Below, piece after piece: positions 1 through 6,719 of a stretch of 11,891 bases of DNA. Both the position numbers and the translations under genes were made by a program. The notes below the pieces were generated by a model, which was not told the origin of the DNA, did no database searches, and saw only the letters and a list, made by a program, of their open reading frames with translations. The DNA is from a virus. Position 1 is the stretch's first letter, and each line of letters opens with the position of its first letter. The stretch is from the UHGV virus genome UHGV-1567921. One strand, 5' to 3'.

Positions 1-71
1 TGTCGGATGCTCAATCCACATGAAAAATGCACGTCCGGTTATAGGGCAAATATCTGGTCGCCATTGGTTAC

Positions 72-776
72 TCACTGGTTGCCTCCTTTGCGAATCTGTT
101 CCGCCCATTCTTCAAGGGATTTCTCCGCATATTTACCGGACAGACCATCAATCGGGTGCGGTTCATTAGCCAACTCTTTTTTCGCTGACAAAATCATGCG
201 TGTAACGTCGAAAACTTCACGCAAAGACTTATTGATAAATCCGTGATTGAACGCAGCAGCAAGACGGCTGGCGGTATAGTTAATCCCCTCGTTGCGTGCT
301 TCCGCACGAATTTCAGCCAGAAAAGCATCGGTAGCTGGAGTTTCGCTGTGGTGTAGGGCATCGTTGATAATCATTGCAGCAACACCAGCCTGCCCTGCAT
401 CCGTGACCGACACATGCTCAAGAGTTACGGCCATTGCGTGTTTCAGCCCGGCGTTCTCTGCCACCAGCGCCGCGAGCTTAGTCTCAAGCGGTGCTATTCG
501 GCACATAGCATCAATATTTGTGTCCTCCAGGCGCTTAATTTCACCAAGTAGCTCCAGTGCAACCTTTGGGTTGAATGCGGCAACATAACGAGCGTTGTTC
601 TCTGCGTTTTTCAGCCCATCAAAGCCGGTCCATTTGATAACATCTTCACATCGTTTATCACCGGGCGTATGCACAGCATACGTACCTGTACCCGTCGAAA
701 TAAACGCGACCCATTCGCCCTGTGTTGCCTGTTTTGCTATCTCACGTAGTGCCTGATAGTTAATTTTGGTTGTCAT
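72..776 (-). CDS. Ea22-like coiled-coil accessory protein (234 aa); family assignment tentative
   Basis: ORF 72..776, stop TGA at 72-74. Its ATG (774-776) overlaps the stop of the upstream gene in an ATGA arrangement. Segments INYQALREIAKQATQGEW and NARYVAAFNPKVALELLGEIKRLE resemble Ead/Ea22-family prophage proteins from memory; no search was run. Confidence 0.55.
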   Translation of the reverse strand: MTTKINYQALREIAKQATQGEWVAFISTGTGTYAVHTPGDKRCEDVIKWTGFDGLKNAENNARYVAAFNPKVALELLGEIKRLEDTNIDAMCRIAPLETKLAALVAENAGLKHAMAVTLEHVSVTDAGQAGVAAMIINDALHHSETPATDAFLAEIRAEARNEGINYTASRLAAAFNHGFINKSLREVFDVTRMILSAKKELANEPHPIDGLSGKYAEKSLEEWAEQIRKGGNQ

Positions 777-1651
777 GCCACCACCTCTTCGAATTTCAAC
801 TCCAATTGATCACCCCAGATTTCACATGACTCTGAACACGAGCCGGTATCGAATCGCCTGGCTTGCACCATCGCCTGATACAAATTTCTGTAGTCGCTGT
901 CGGCATACATTCTGGCAATCCCGTCAAGGCTCAGATGACCACGGTACATAACGTCTTTATTTGTCTTTCGGTGACCATCCCGGACGTGTTTACCTGTAAC
1001 CAGTTCATTAAAAACCCGCATCAGACCAGGTTCGTCTTTACATGCAAGCCCCAGCTTTTGCGTTGACTTTTTGATGCAAAAAACACAGTTCCCTAGGTGC
1101 TCCGGGATTTGCAAATCAAAAGGTTGTTTTCGCCACCACCGGATAACATCCGACTTATCAAAATCTGACAGCTCTGCAAGATACCGGACGCCCGGTTTCG
1201 GTTTCAGCCTGCGGTGTTCGTCCGCACGAATACCCAGCCATGTGATGTAATTCCCTCGCCCAAAATGGTCATCGCAATATTTCGTGAAAGGGGTGAGTTT
1301 TAGCCTGTCAGTACAGAACGCGCCGCCGATGTATGGCGTACCGTACTTTTTAACCATGTCCATAAACGGTTTAAGCACCGGCATTCGCGTCTGAATATCC
1401 TTTGGTTCCCATTCCGTATAACCATTTGGCTGCCCAAGTTCTGGATTTATATCGACCTGCAACACCGTTAGCGGTACGTTCCAGAACTTCACAACCTCAC
1501 GAATAAAGCGATACGTCAGAGGATGTTCACAGCCGGTATCCATAAAAATGAAATGGACGCTAGCGCCAGCTTTTCGCTGTGCTTCCATCAGATGAACGAG
1601 ATAAGCCGATGTTCGTCCACCTGAAAAGCTGACGACTTGATGCATACTCAC
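773..1651 (-). CDS. PAPS-reductase-like PP-loop ATP pyrophosphatase family protein (292 aa)
   Basis: PP-loop motif SFSGGRTS near the N-terminus and FMDTGCEHPLTYRFIREV, matching the CysH-type xxDTGxxFPETYxFI block. GTG start at 1649-1651 with AGGAA 6 nt upstream; alternative ATG at 1643-1645. The stop overlaps the next gene start (ATGA at 773-776). Confidence 0.85.
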   Translation of the reverse strand: MSMHQVVSFSGGRTSAYLVHLMEAQRKAGASVHFIFMDTGCEHPLTYRFIREVVKFWNVPLTVLQVDINPELGQPNGYTEWEPKDIQTRMPVLKPFMDMVKKYGTPYIGGAFCTDRLKLTPFTKYCDDHFGRGNYITWLGIRADEHRRLKPKPGVRYLAELSDFDKSDVIRWWRKQPFDLQIPEHLGNCVFCIKKSTQKLGLACKDEPGLMRVFNELVTGKHVRDGHRKTNKDVMYRGHLSLDGIARMYADSDYRNLYQAMVQARRFDTGSCSESCEIWGDQLELKFEEVVA

Positions 1652-1654
1652 GGT

Positions 1655-2383
1655 TTATTCCTGAATGCGCTTAAACTCGATTACCCACACCCAGGGATTA
1701 GCGTTCCAGCTTTCTTCACCATAGATGGATTCCCACAGGCGCTGGAACGCAACCTTGGCCATTGCGAAATCCCCCTTGGGAGTAAGGAATGTTCCCGGGT
1801 GATCAGGAAGCAAACTTCCAGCAGGCGGAACGCCCTCAGCCCTTGCATCGCATTCGCTGATATCGTTCAACCGTTCAACGCGCACGTTGGTAATTTCCAA
1901 CAGAATGCGTGATGCCCATCGCGGCATGTGAATTGATGGACGCCACCCACCATCAAACTTTTCATTCACAGTGTGAGGTTTCCAGTCGGCATCATCGGGT
2001 ATCGACCATAAGCCGTAATCACCAGGTTTTTGCTCGCAACTGGCCCGATAAATCCTTGCTGCGTTCTTCTCATCGCCACGACAAAGGTTGTCGTTCCAGT
2101 CCACACTGCAACCATCCTCATTGCCTAATATCGCCCATGTTTCACGAACCCAAATTCGATCGCCGACGATACCAAATGGGCAATTGAAAACACTGCTTAC
2201 ACCATCAGCCCCGTACCACTGAAAACCTGCACCAATTTTTCTAACCATCACTGGTGCTTCTGGACCAACTTCCGCAGGCTGATTTTTCATTATCCGCCGC
2301 GTCTGCGTTTTCCTTCCTTCGAGGATGGCCCGGACCATCTCATCGTTGAAAATCATGCCGCGCTCTTTCACTTCGCCTTTCAT
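1655..2383 (-). CDS. ASCH (PUA-like) domain protein with a large internal insertion (242 aa)
   Basis: N-terminal MIFNDEMVRAILEGRKTQTRR and C-terminal WVWVIEFKRI match the two ends of the ASCH fold (compare E. coli YqfB ...ILAGRKTITIR... and ...YVIEFK). ATG at 2381-2383 is preceded by GGGGGA. Stop TAA at 1655-1657 lies 3 nt before the next start. Confidence 0.8.
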   Translation of the reverse strand: MKGEVKERGMIFNDEMVRAILEGRKTQTRRIMKNQPAEVGPEAPVMVRKIGAGFQWYGADGVSSVFNCPFGIVGDRIWVRETWAILGNEDGCSVDWNDNLCRGDEKNAARIYRASCEQKPGDYGLWSIPDDADWKPHTVNEKFDGGWRPSIHMPRWASRILLEITNVRVERLNDISECDARAEGVPPAGSLLPDHPGTFLTPKGDFAMAKVAFQRLWESIYGEESWNANPWVWVIEFKRIQE

Positions 2384-2392
2384 GCATCCCCC

Positions 2393-2479
2393 TTACCCAT
2401 GTGCGACGATGCCGCCAAAAGTGATAGAGAACAGCCAGAAATAGATCGCGGCCATAATGATTTTGAATGCCGTGTTCAT
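2393..2479 (-). CDS. Small hydrophobic protein, 28 aa (MNTAFKIIMAAIYFWLFSITFGGIVAHG), probable single-pass membrane peptide
   Basis: Not in the supplied ORF track (too short). ATG at 2477-2479 with AGGAG 8 nt upstream. Stop TAA at 2393-2395 is followed directly by the GGGGGA Shine-Dalgarno of the ASCH gene, which suggests translational coupling. Confidence 0.4.
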   Translation of the reverse strand: MNTAFKIIMAAIYFWLFSITFGGIVAHG

Positions 2480-2506
2480 ATTTTCAGCTCCTGTGATTGA
2501 TTGGAT

Positions 2507-2540
2507 ACATGCCGCGCCTTGCGGCATGTTTTTATTTTCA
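2507..2540 (+). terminator. GC-rich hairpin followed by a T-tract on the plus strand (intrinsic-terminator-like); on the minus strand it is a 5' UTR stem-loop
   Basis: ACATGCCGC (2507-2515), loop GCCTT, GCGGCATGT (2521-2529): perfect 9-bp stem, followed by TTTTATTTTC (2530-2539). The T-tract is only on the plus-strand side. Confidence 0.45.
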
Positions 2541-2548
2541 CTTTCTCT

Positions 2549-2578
2549 GTTTTAAAAATCAAGATTTATTAGAGCAAT
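2549..2578 (-). promoter_or_regulatory. Copy (a) of the recurring intergenic element ATTGCTCTAATAA-N-TTTTTAAAAC (read on the minus strand); candidate promoter or regulator site
   Basis: The minus strand reads ATTGCTCTAATAAATCTTGATTTTTAAAAC. It matches copy (c) at 4690..4719 at 28 of 32 positions with identical spacing (TTGCTC, 17 nt, TAAAAC). It lies about 100 nt upstream of the next leftward ORF. Confidence 0.35.
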
Positions 2579-3084
2579 TATTGTTGGTGGAGAAGCGCGT
2601 TTTCATACTCCCTGACCATTAACGTAAGTACGCCGTGACTCCTGAAAACACGCGCCACTTCAATCTTATCTTCCAGCGCGAACGCAATTTTACTTAGACC
2701 AATTTTCTTCAGGAGATCAATCTTTGCTGGACCGTCATTTCTGTCATCGGTGGCAGGACGCATAGATAGCAAAGGCTCAGCCCCGTTTGTTACGTACTTC
2801 CGCAGCCAGGCTCGTGTTTTATCCCTTGCGATCTCACAGCGCCCGGTTACAAACCAGACCGTGTAAACGTTAAATAACTGGCGCACCATATCAATAACCG
2901 GAGTGATGGGAGTATCGGTGTCACAGGCGAGATTAAACTCGTTCCAGTCCTTTGTTAATGCACCTTTACCTGGTGGCGGAAGCAAATGCAGTCTGTCTTC
3001 AGTTGCCTCTGATATTGTTCCATCAATATCAACTATGACGATATACGGACGTTCCTGGTGTGCGTGTTTATTGAAAATACTCAA
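2578..3084 (-). CDS. HAD-superfamily phosphatase (168 aa), possibly polynucleotide 3'-phosphatase or nucleotidase-like
   Basis: HAD motif I IVIVDIDGTISE (DxDGT), motif II WFVTGR, and a later K and an ED pair consistent with motifs III/IV. TTG start at 3082-3084 preceded by GAGGAGGG. Stop TAA at 2578-2580. Confidence 0.8.
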   Translation of the reverse strand: MSIFNKHAHQERPYIVIVDIDGTISEATEDRLHLLPPPGKGALTKDWNEFNLACDTDTPITPVIDMVRQLFNVYTVWFVTGRCEIARDKTRAWLRKYVTNGAEPLLSMRPATDDRNDGPAKIDLLKKIGLSKIAFALEDKIEVARVFRSHGVLTLMVREYENALLHQQ

Positions 3085-3103
3085 ATGCCCTCCTCATTGG
3101 ACG

Positions 3104-3137
3104 AAAAAAATGCTGGTGGGCGCACTCCACCAGCATT
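3104..3137 (-). terminator. Rho-independent terminator for leftward transcription
   Basis: AATGCTGGTGG (3109-3119), loop GCGCACT, CCACCAGCATT (3127-3137): perfect 11-bp stem. On the minus strand it is followed by a run of 7 T (plus-strand A-tract 3104-3110). It sits between the 420-aa gene stop (3157) and the HAD gene start. Confidence 0.6.
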
Positions 3138-3156
3138 AAAAGTGACACTGTAACTG

Positions 3157-4419
3157 TCAGCGAACGTAAATAGTGCCGCCGTTCTCTTTTTCCCATGCAT
3201 CGCTACGTGCATAGCAAACATCGAGAAGTCTTCTTGCCGCTGTTTCCTCTAAACCCAATTCGACAACCAACTGCTCATGACGGCGGGTAACCACATCAAA
3301 CAGGGTATGCAACCCTTTAGTTGCCAGATCATCAATGAATTCCGGTTCGAACGGCAGCTCTGCATCTGCCAACATAACCTCTTGCGCCCACTCAACTCGA
3401 CGGACCAATTCCGGGCGGCGGCTTTCCATCTCTTTACAGATCAATTCATGGAAGAACTCTACCCAACCTTCCGGCTGGAACTCGCGGAAAATGGCCAGCG
3501 GCTGGAAGTTTGGCATCAACCATTCGTTGATTCGGATATCAATGGCATAGCCCATGTCGCAGCAGAACTGATAAGCAAAGTCCAGCTTAGAAACGATATA
3601 AGGACGCTCGTTATTGAACTCTTTAGGCGATGAGATCCCATAAGCCAGGAGGCGCGGGAAGAAGGAGATTTGCCCTAACGTCGGATGAAGTTTGCTTGCA
3701 GGGAAACGGCGCTCAGTAATGCCATACATTTCCTTCTTGAGCGTCGCAAATTTGGCATTCTCATTAACCAGCGCGGTAACCTCTGCTTTTTTATTAGCAA
3801 ATGCCACGCGCGCTTCGCTTGCATCTTTAATAGTTTTTTTGAGCTGTTGGTTAAGGTCGGCGACCTGCTTACGCAGTTCCTGTCGCTCGCTTTTAGCTTT
3901 GTTATAGCGTTTCTCAAGGTTAAAAGGATCAAGTTTCATGATCTCTTTATATTGAGATTTTAGCGTTGAAATCTGTGAGTTCCGCAGTTCAACCATCGCG
4001 GTCATTTCATTGAGTTTTGTTTCCAGCTCAATGCTTATACGTTCGGCATTATCAGCACGCTGGTTGGCGTCATGCGTCGCATCGTCGATCGCGTCCTGTT
4101 GCTGGCGTTTCAAATGTTCAATTTGTAGCTGAAGCTCTTCAATTTCTTTACCCTTCAGACCGAGATCCAACTGCATATTTTCAGCTGCATCTACCAGGGA
4201 GTTATGGCTATCAGCTTCTGCGTTATAAACATCAATAAGCTGTGCGTGAAGCATCTCCGCTGACTGAACCGCATTATCAAAAAAACGCGCTGTGAGGTCA
4301 TCACAACTAACGCGGCGTTGCGCGGCCCGGATGTTCTGGATAATGGCCGGGATACCGGCATTCAGGACGTCAGGGATAGATACATTTTCGATTGATTGGT
4401 TTTGTGCTGAAGTGCTCAT
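3157..4419 (-). CDS. Hypothetical protein, 420 aa: long central coiled coil plus C-terminal globular domain, function unknown
   Basis: Long ORF filling the interval with consistent operon packing. The central ~170 residues are heptad-like and rich in E/K/Q/L (EIEELQLQIEHLKRQQQD... KQVADLNQQLKKTIKD...). The C-terminal ~180 aa is aromatic-rich with no motif I recognise. ATG at 4417-4419; stop TGA at 3157-3159. Confidence 0.85.
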   Translation of the reverse strand: MSTSAQNQSIENVSIPDVLNAGIPAIIQNIRAAQRRVSCDDLTARFFDNAVQSAEMLHAQLIDVYNAEADSHNSLVDAAENMQLDLGLKGKEIEELQLQIEHLKRQQQDAIDDATHDANQRADNAERISIELETKLNEMTAMVELRNSQISTLKSQYKEIMKLDPFNLEKRYNKAKSERQELRKQVADLNQQLKKTIKDASEARVAFANKKAEVTALVNENAKFATLKKEMYGITERRFPASKLHPTLGQISFFPRLLAYGISSPKEFNNERPYIVSKLDFAYQFCCDMGYAIDIRINEWLMPNFQPLAIFREFQPEGWVEFFHELICKEMESRRPELVRRVEWAQEVMLADAELPFEPEFIDDLATKGLHTLFDVVTRRHEQLVVELGLEETAARRLLDVCYARSDAWEKENGGTIYVR

Positions 4420-4420
4420 T

Positions 4421-4639
4421 TCAAAGTTCCGTATTAGCTTGTGCTTCGGTCATTTTTCCTAAGTATGAAGGAGGAAGGACTACGCAATTTGTATCCAGTC
4501 CCTCACCTATGGCAGCCTGTAAAATTCTGGCTAAGGTGAGTCTCTTGTTGCGATACCTGGTGATGACATGCCTGATACCGCCGGTCGGTGTAACAAAGGC
4601 GATCAGCCAGTAGTGATATTTCCGTCGGAATGGCCACAT
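4421..4639 (-). CDS. Hypothetical small protein (72 aa)
   Basis: ATG at 4637-4639 with AAGGTG 4 nt upstream. Stop TGA at 4421-4423 is 1 nt before the ATG of the 420-aa gene (coupled). No recognisable motif; composition unremarkable. Confidence 0.4.
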   Translation of the reverse strand: MWPFRRKYHYWLIAFVTPTGGIRHVITRYRNKRLTLARILQAAIGEGLDTNCVVLPPSYLGKMTEAQANTEL

Positions 4640-4653
4640 AGTGCACCTTGTAA

Positions 4654-4719
4654 ATTGCTCTAATAAAAAACGTGATGAGTGTACATCACGTTTTAAAAAT
4701 ATGGAATTATTAGAGCAAT
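4654..4719. repeat. Nested palindrome: 13-bp inverted repeat ATTGCTCTAATAA / TTATTAGAGCAAT enclosing a terminator hairpin
   Basis: ATTGCTCTAATAA at 4654-4666 and its exact reverse complement TTATTAGAGCAAT at 4707-4719. Between them lies a 7-11 bp stem (CGTGATG / CATCACG, extendable with AAAA/TTTT) at 4667-4694. Confidence 0.7.
4665..4699 (-). terminator. Rho-independent terminator downstream of the GT-A-like gene (mainly leftward; weak bidirectional potential)
   Basis: Stem CGTGATG (4671-4677) / CATCACG (4684-4690), loop AGTGTA. On the minus strand the stem is followed by TTTTTTATTA; on the plus strand by TTTT then A-run. Confidence 0.55.
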
Positions 4720-4720
4720 C

Positions 4721-5422
4721 TTATTCTGATTCTCGCTCAAAAAATGAGCTGATAAGGGGAAGCCAATCCTCTGACACTTCGCGAGGTCGCGGTTTGCCGT
4801 GGAAAAAGATTATTCGGCAGTCTTTTGGTAATGCCCCATTCCCCCTGGAGTAACGCGCGCTCGCATATTTTGAACCAGGTTCCACAACATCGGCCTTGTA
4901 ACTTACAAACCATCCTGGATACAGATCCTGAAATGCTGGTGTATCATCGCCCATAACCTTTCGTAAGAACCCCTGGTCACCCCAGCACTCAGTAGTGACA
5001 CAACGAGAAATCCAACCTTCCGGATCTTGCCAGAATGAACTCCAGATATGCGCTTTAACACTATTTGGTATCCACAGGGCACCGCTGCCACGATATTGTG
5101 GATGGTAAAAATCCCTAAGCATGGTGAAACTGGTTGGTGGATGCTCTAGGATTGGGCGTATATCACCGGCAATAACCGTGTCCAAATCCAGATAGAACAG
5201 ATCATCGGTTATATCCGGTCGGAACAACTCGATTTTCGCCCACCAGCCACGGCACTTTTGCCACTGGTTGATCAATGGGATAACTTTGACGCCAGGTACA
5301 TGTAAACACTTCAGGTCTGTCAGGCAAATAATTTCATAGTCTTTTGGCAGTTGATTAACCAGCCACTGCACATCGGAAGCGTTATAGTCACCACCAGAGC
5401 GAAGAACTAAAGCAATCTTCAT
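4721..5422 (-). CDS. Putative GT-A fold (GT8-like, DxD) glycosyltransferase, 233 aa, soluble
   Basis: [11 protein letters not shown] resembles the GT-A DxD nucleotide-sugar motif (compare LgtC ...VLYLDIDVLV...). The N-terminal [17 protein letters not shown] resembles the GT8 N-terminal strand-loop. No transmembrane segment seen. The ATG at 5420-5422 forms an ATGA overlap with the phosphatase stop. Confidence 0.7.
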   Translation of the reverse strand: MKIALVLRSGGDYNASDVQWLVNQLPKDYEIICLTDLKCLHVPGVKVIPLINQWQKCRGWWAKIELFRPDITDDLFYLDLDTVIAGDIRPILEHPPTSFTMLRDFYHPQYRGSGALWIPNSVKAHIWSSFWQDPEGWISRCVTTECWGDQGFLRKVMGDDTPAFQDLYPGWFVSYKADVVEPGSKYASARYSRGNGALPKDCRIIFFHGKPRPREVSEDWLPLISSFFERESE

Positions 5423-6096
5423 GCTGCACCATCACCTTTCACTTTCATCAATGTCAGGTTTCCGCAAAATACGGCACCAGTGTCGATATACTGCTGATTC
5501 CAGAATGTCTTCGGGCTTTTCACCGGAGTGTGACCAAAGATAAAACGATCTGCGCCCGAAATTTCGCCACCAATATCATCCATCGAATCACTGATACGCT
5601 CGCGCGCCCAGACAACGTTGAAAAGCGGCACCTCCTTACCGAATTGGTATTCATTATCCGGATAGTCGGCATGGGCTATAACGATAGTTTCTTGCCCCGT
5701 GTTCAACTCAATGATATAGGGCAGACGCTTTACCAGCTCCACCAGCGCCCAGGCTAATATTTCCTGATCAGTGTCCAGCATGAAGAACCATTGTCCGCCA
5801 TTCATTAGCCAGTTATTCACGTTGCCATCTGGACTTAACGCATCAATCATCAGCCGCTCATGGTTCCCCATCACTGCCCTGAACCAGGGCATCTGCAATA
5901 GTTCCAGACATTCGACATTTTCAGTACCGCGATCGATAAGGTCGCCGACCGATATCAGTAAATCCTGCGCCGGGTCAAAATCCACACGATGGAGTTCGGA
6001 CATCAGTCTGGTGTAGCAACCATGCAGATCACCAACAACCCAGACATTCCTGTATTTGGTACCGTCGATACGGTGATAAATTGTGGGTGCCATCAT
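5419..6096 (-). CDS. Ser/Thr protein phosphatase, lambda PPase-like (PPP / calcineurin-like metallophosphoesterase)
   Basis: PPP signature motifs GDLHG, GDLIDRG and GNHE, with overall colinearity to lambda ORF221 phosphatase as I recall it ([16 protein letters not shown]... [21 protein letters not shown]... [13 protein letters not shown]). The likely start is ATG 6094-6096, forming an ATGA overlap with the upstream stop; the track's longer start at 6111 adds 5 residues. Confidence 0.9.
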   Translation of the reverse strand: MMAPTIYHRIDGTKYRNVWVVGDLHGCYTRLMSELHRVDFDPAQDLLISVGDLIDRGTENVECLELLQMPWFRAVMGNHERLMIDALSPDGNVNNWLMNGGQWFFMLDTDQEILAWALVELVKRLPYIIELNTGQETIVIAHADYPDNEYQFGKEVPLFNVVWARERISDSMDDIGGEISGADRFIFGHTPVKSPKTFWNQQYIDTGAVFCGNLTLMKVKGDGAA

Positions 6097-6719
6097 GTAT
6101 TCTTCAGCCATTCTTTAAGAGTCATCTGCGGAATACCTCCCATTTTCCCGCATGAAACAACGTCAATCTGTTCACGCGCAGACTGGAATAACAAAGGCAG
6201 GTGACTTAGATTTTTTGGCGTGCCGCCGGAGTGAACGCGTAGTTCTTGCGTAGCGTCAACGCCCACCAGAGCTACATGTTTGAATCCGATATGGAAAGCC
6301 AGGTTCAGAGCACCATATGCACTATTGCCGCTGGCAATTTCATTCTCATCTTCGCAAAGGCCGAAATGTGCGGACCAGCGCCACGCCCACCACTCGGGAG
6401 AATTCGTATTTTTTGGCTCCATGCCGCGTTCAGCCACACGACGGAAGCACAGAACGCCATCTCTGACTTCACGTTCTTTAACATCGGGTAGTGCCATGCA
6501 ATAACAAACACCACGGCGACGGCGGCCACGACCAACGCGCCGCATATTGTCTGGGGATGGATCAAGGGTGAAAAAATAAGAAGCGCGGTTAAGCCAGTCG
6601 ATGGCCCCATTGACCGCTATAATCGGCACTCCGCGCGGCGCAACAAAGTTTGCGGCGCTTGGGCCACTGCCGACGATAATAACGCGATCACTGCCTCTAA
6701 ATTTATTCTTGGGAAACAT
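6093..6719 (-). CDS. Putative nucleotide-sugar glycosyltransferase, CstII (GT42) / MptE-like (DUF115) fold, 208 aa; paralog 1
   Basis: N-terminal [14 protein letters not shown]...VPIIAVNGA resembles the CstII sialyltransferase N-terminus (VIIAGNGPSL...). [26 protein letters not shown] resembles the CstII block TSGVYMCAVAIALGYKEIYLSGID. Clearly paralogous to the next gene. Confidence 0.7.
   Translation of the reverse strand: MFPKNKFRGSDRVIIVGSGPSAANFVAPRGVPIIAVNGAIDWLNRASYFFTLDPSPDNMRRVGRGRRRRGVCYCMALPDVKEREVRDGVLCFRRVAERGMEPKNTNSPEWWAWRWSAHFGLCEDENEIASGNSAYGALNLAFHIGFKHVALVGVDATQELRVHSGGTPKNLSHLPLLFQSAREQIDVVSCGKMGGIPQMTLKEWLKNT

Noticed and set aside
1-22. Possible start of another leftward gene (ATG at 20-22) running off the left edge
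   Set aside because: No Shine-Dalgarno, only 7 codons visible, and an in-frame stop interrupts the alternative upstream ATG.
292-588. Plus-strand ORF (98 aa) and many similar antisense or out-of-frame ORFs in the track, for example 1909..2187, 3277..3633, 3685..3963, 5771..6016 and 6305..6610
   Set aside because: They lie entirely inside longer ORFs that carry recognisable family motifs, lack ribosome-binding sites, and have low-complexity Ser/Ala/Arg-rich translations typical of spurious frames.
2566-2578. Resemblance of the recurring motif core TTGCTCTA to the T4 MotA box (TGCTTtA)
   Set aside because: No other T4-like hallmarks are present and the gene content is lambdoid-type; the resemblance is short enough to be coincidence.
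3085-3160. Possible sigma-70 promoter for the HAD gene (CTGACA ... TTTAAT) overlapping the terminator
   Set aside because: Spacer of about 14 nt and poor hexamers; HAD expression is more simply explained by terminator read-through.
3341-3352. GGTTCGAAC, resembling a tRNA T-loop
   Set aside because: It lies inside the 420-aa coding region with no surrounding acceptor or anticodon stem complementarity; no tRNA is called anywhere in the window.
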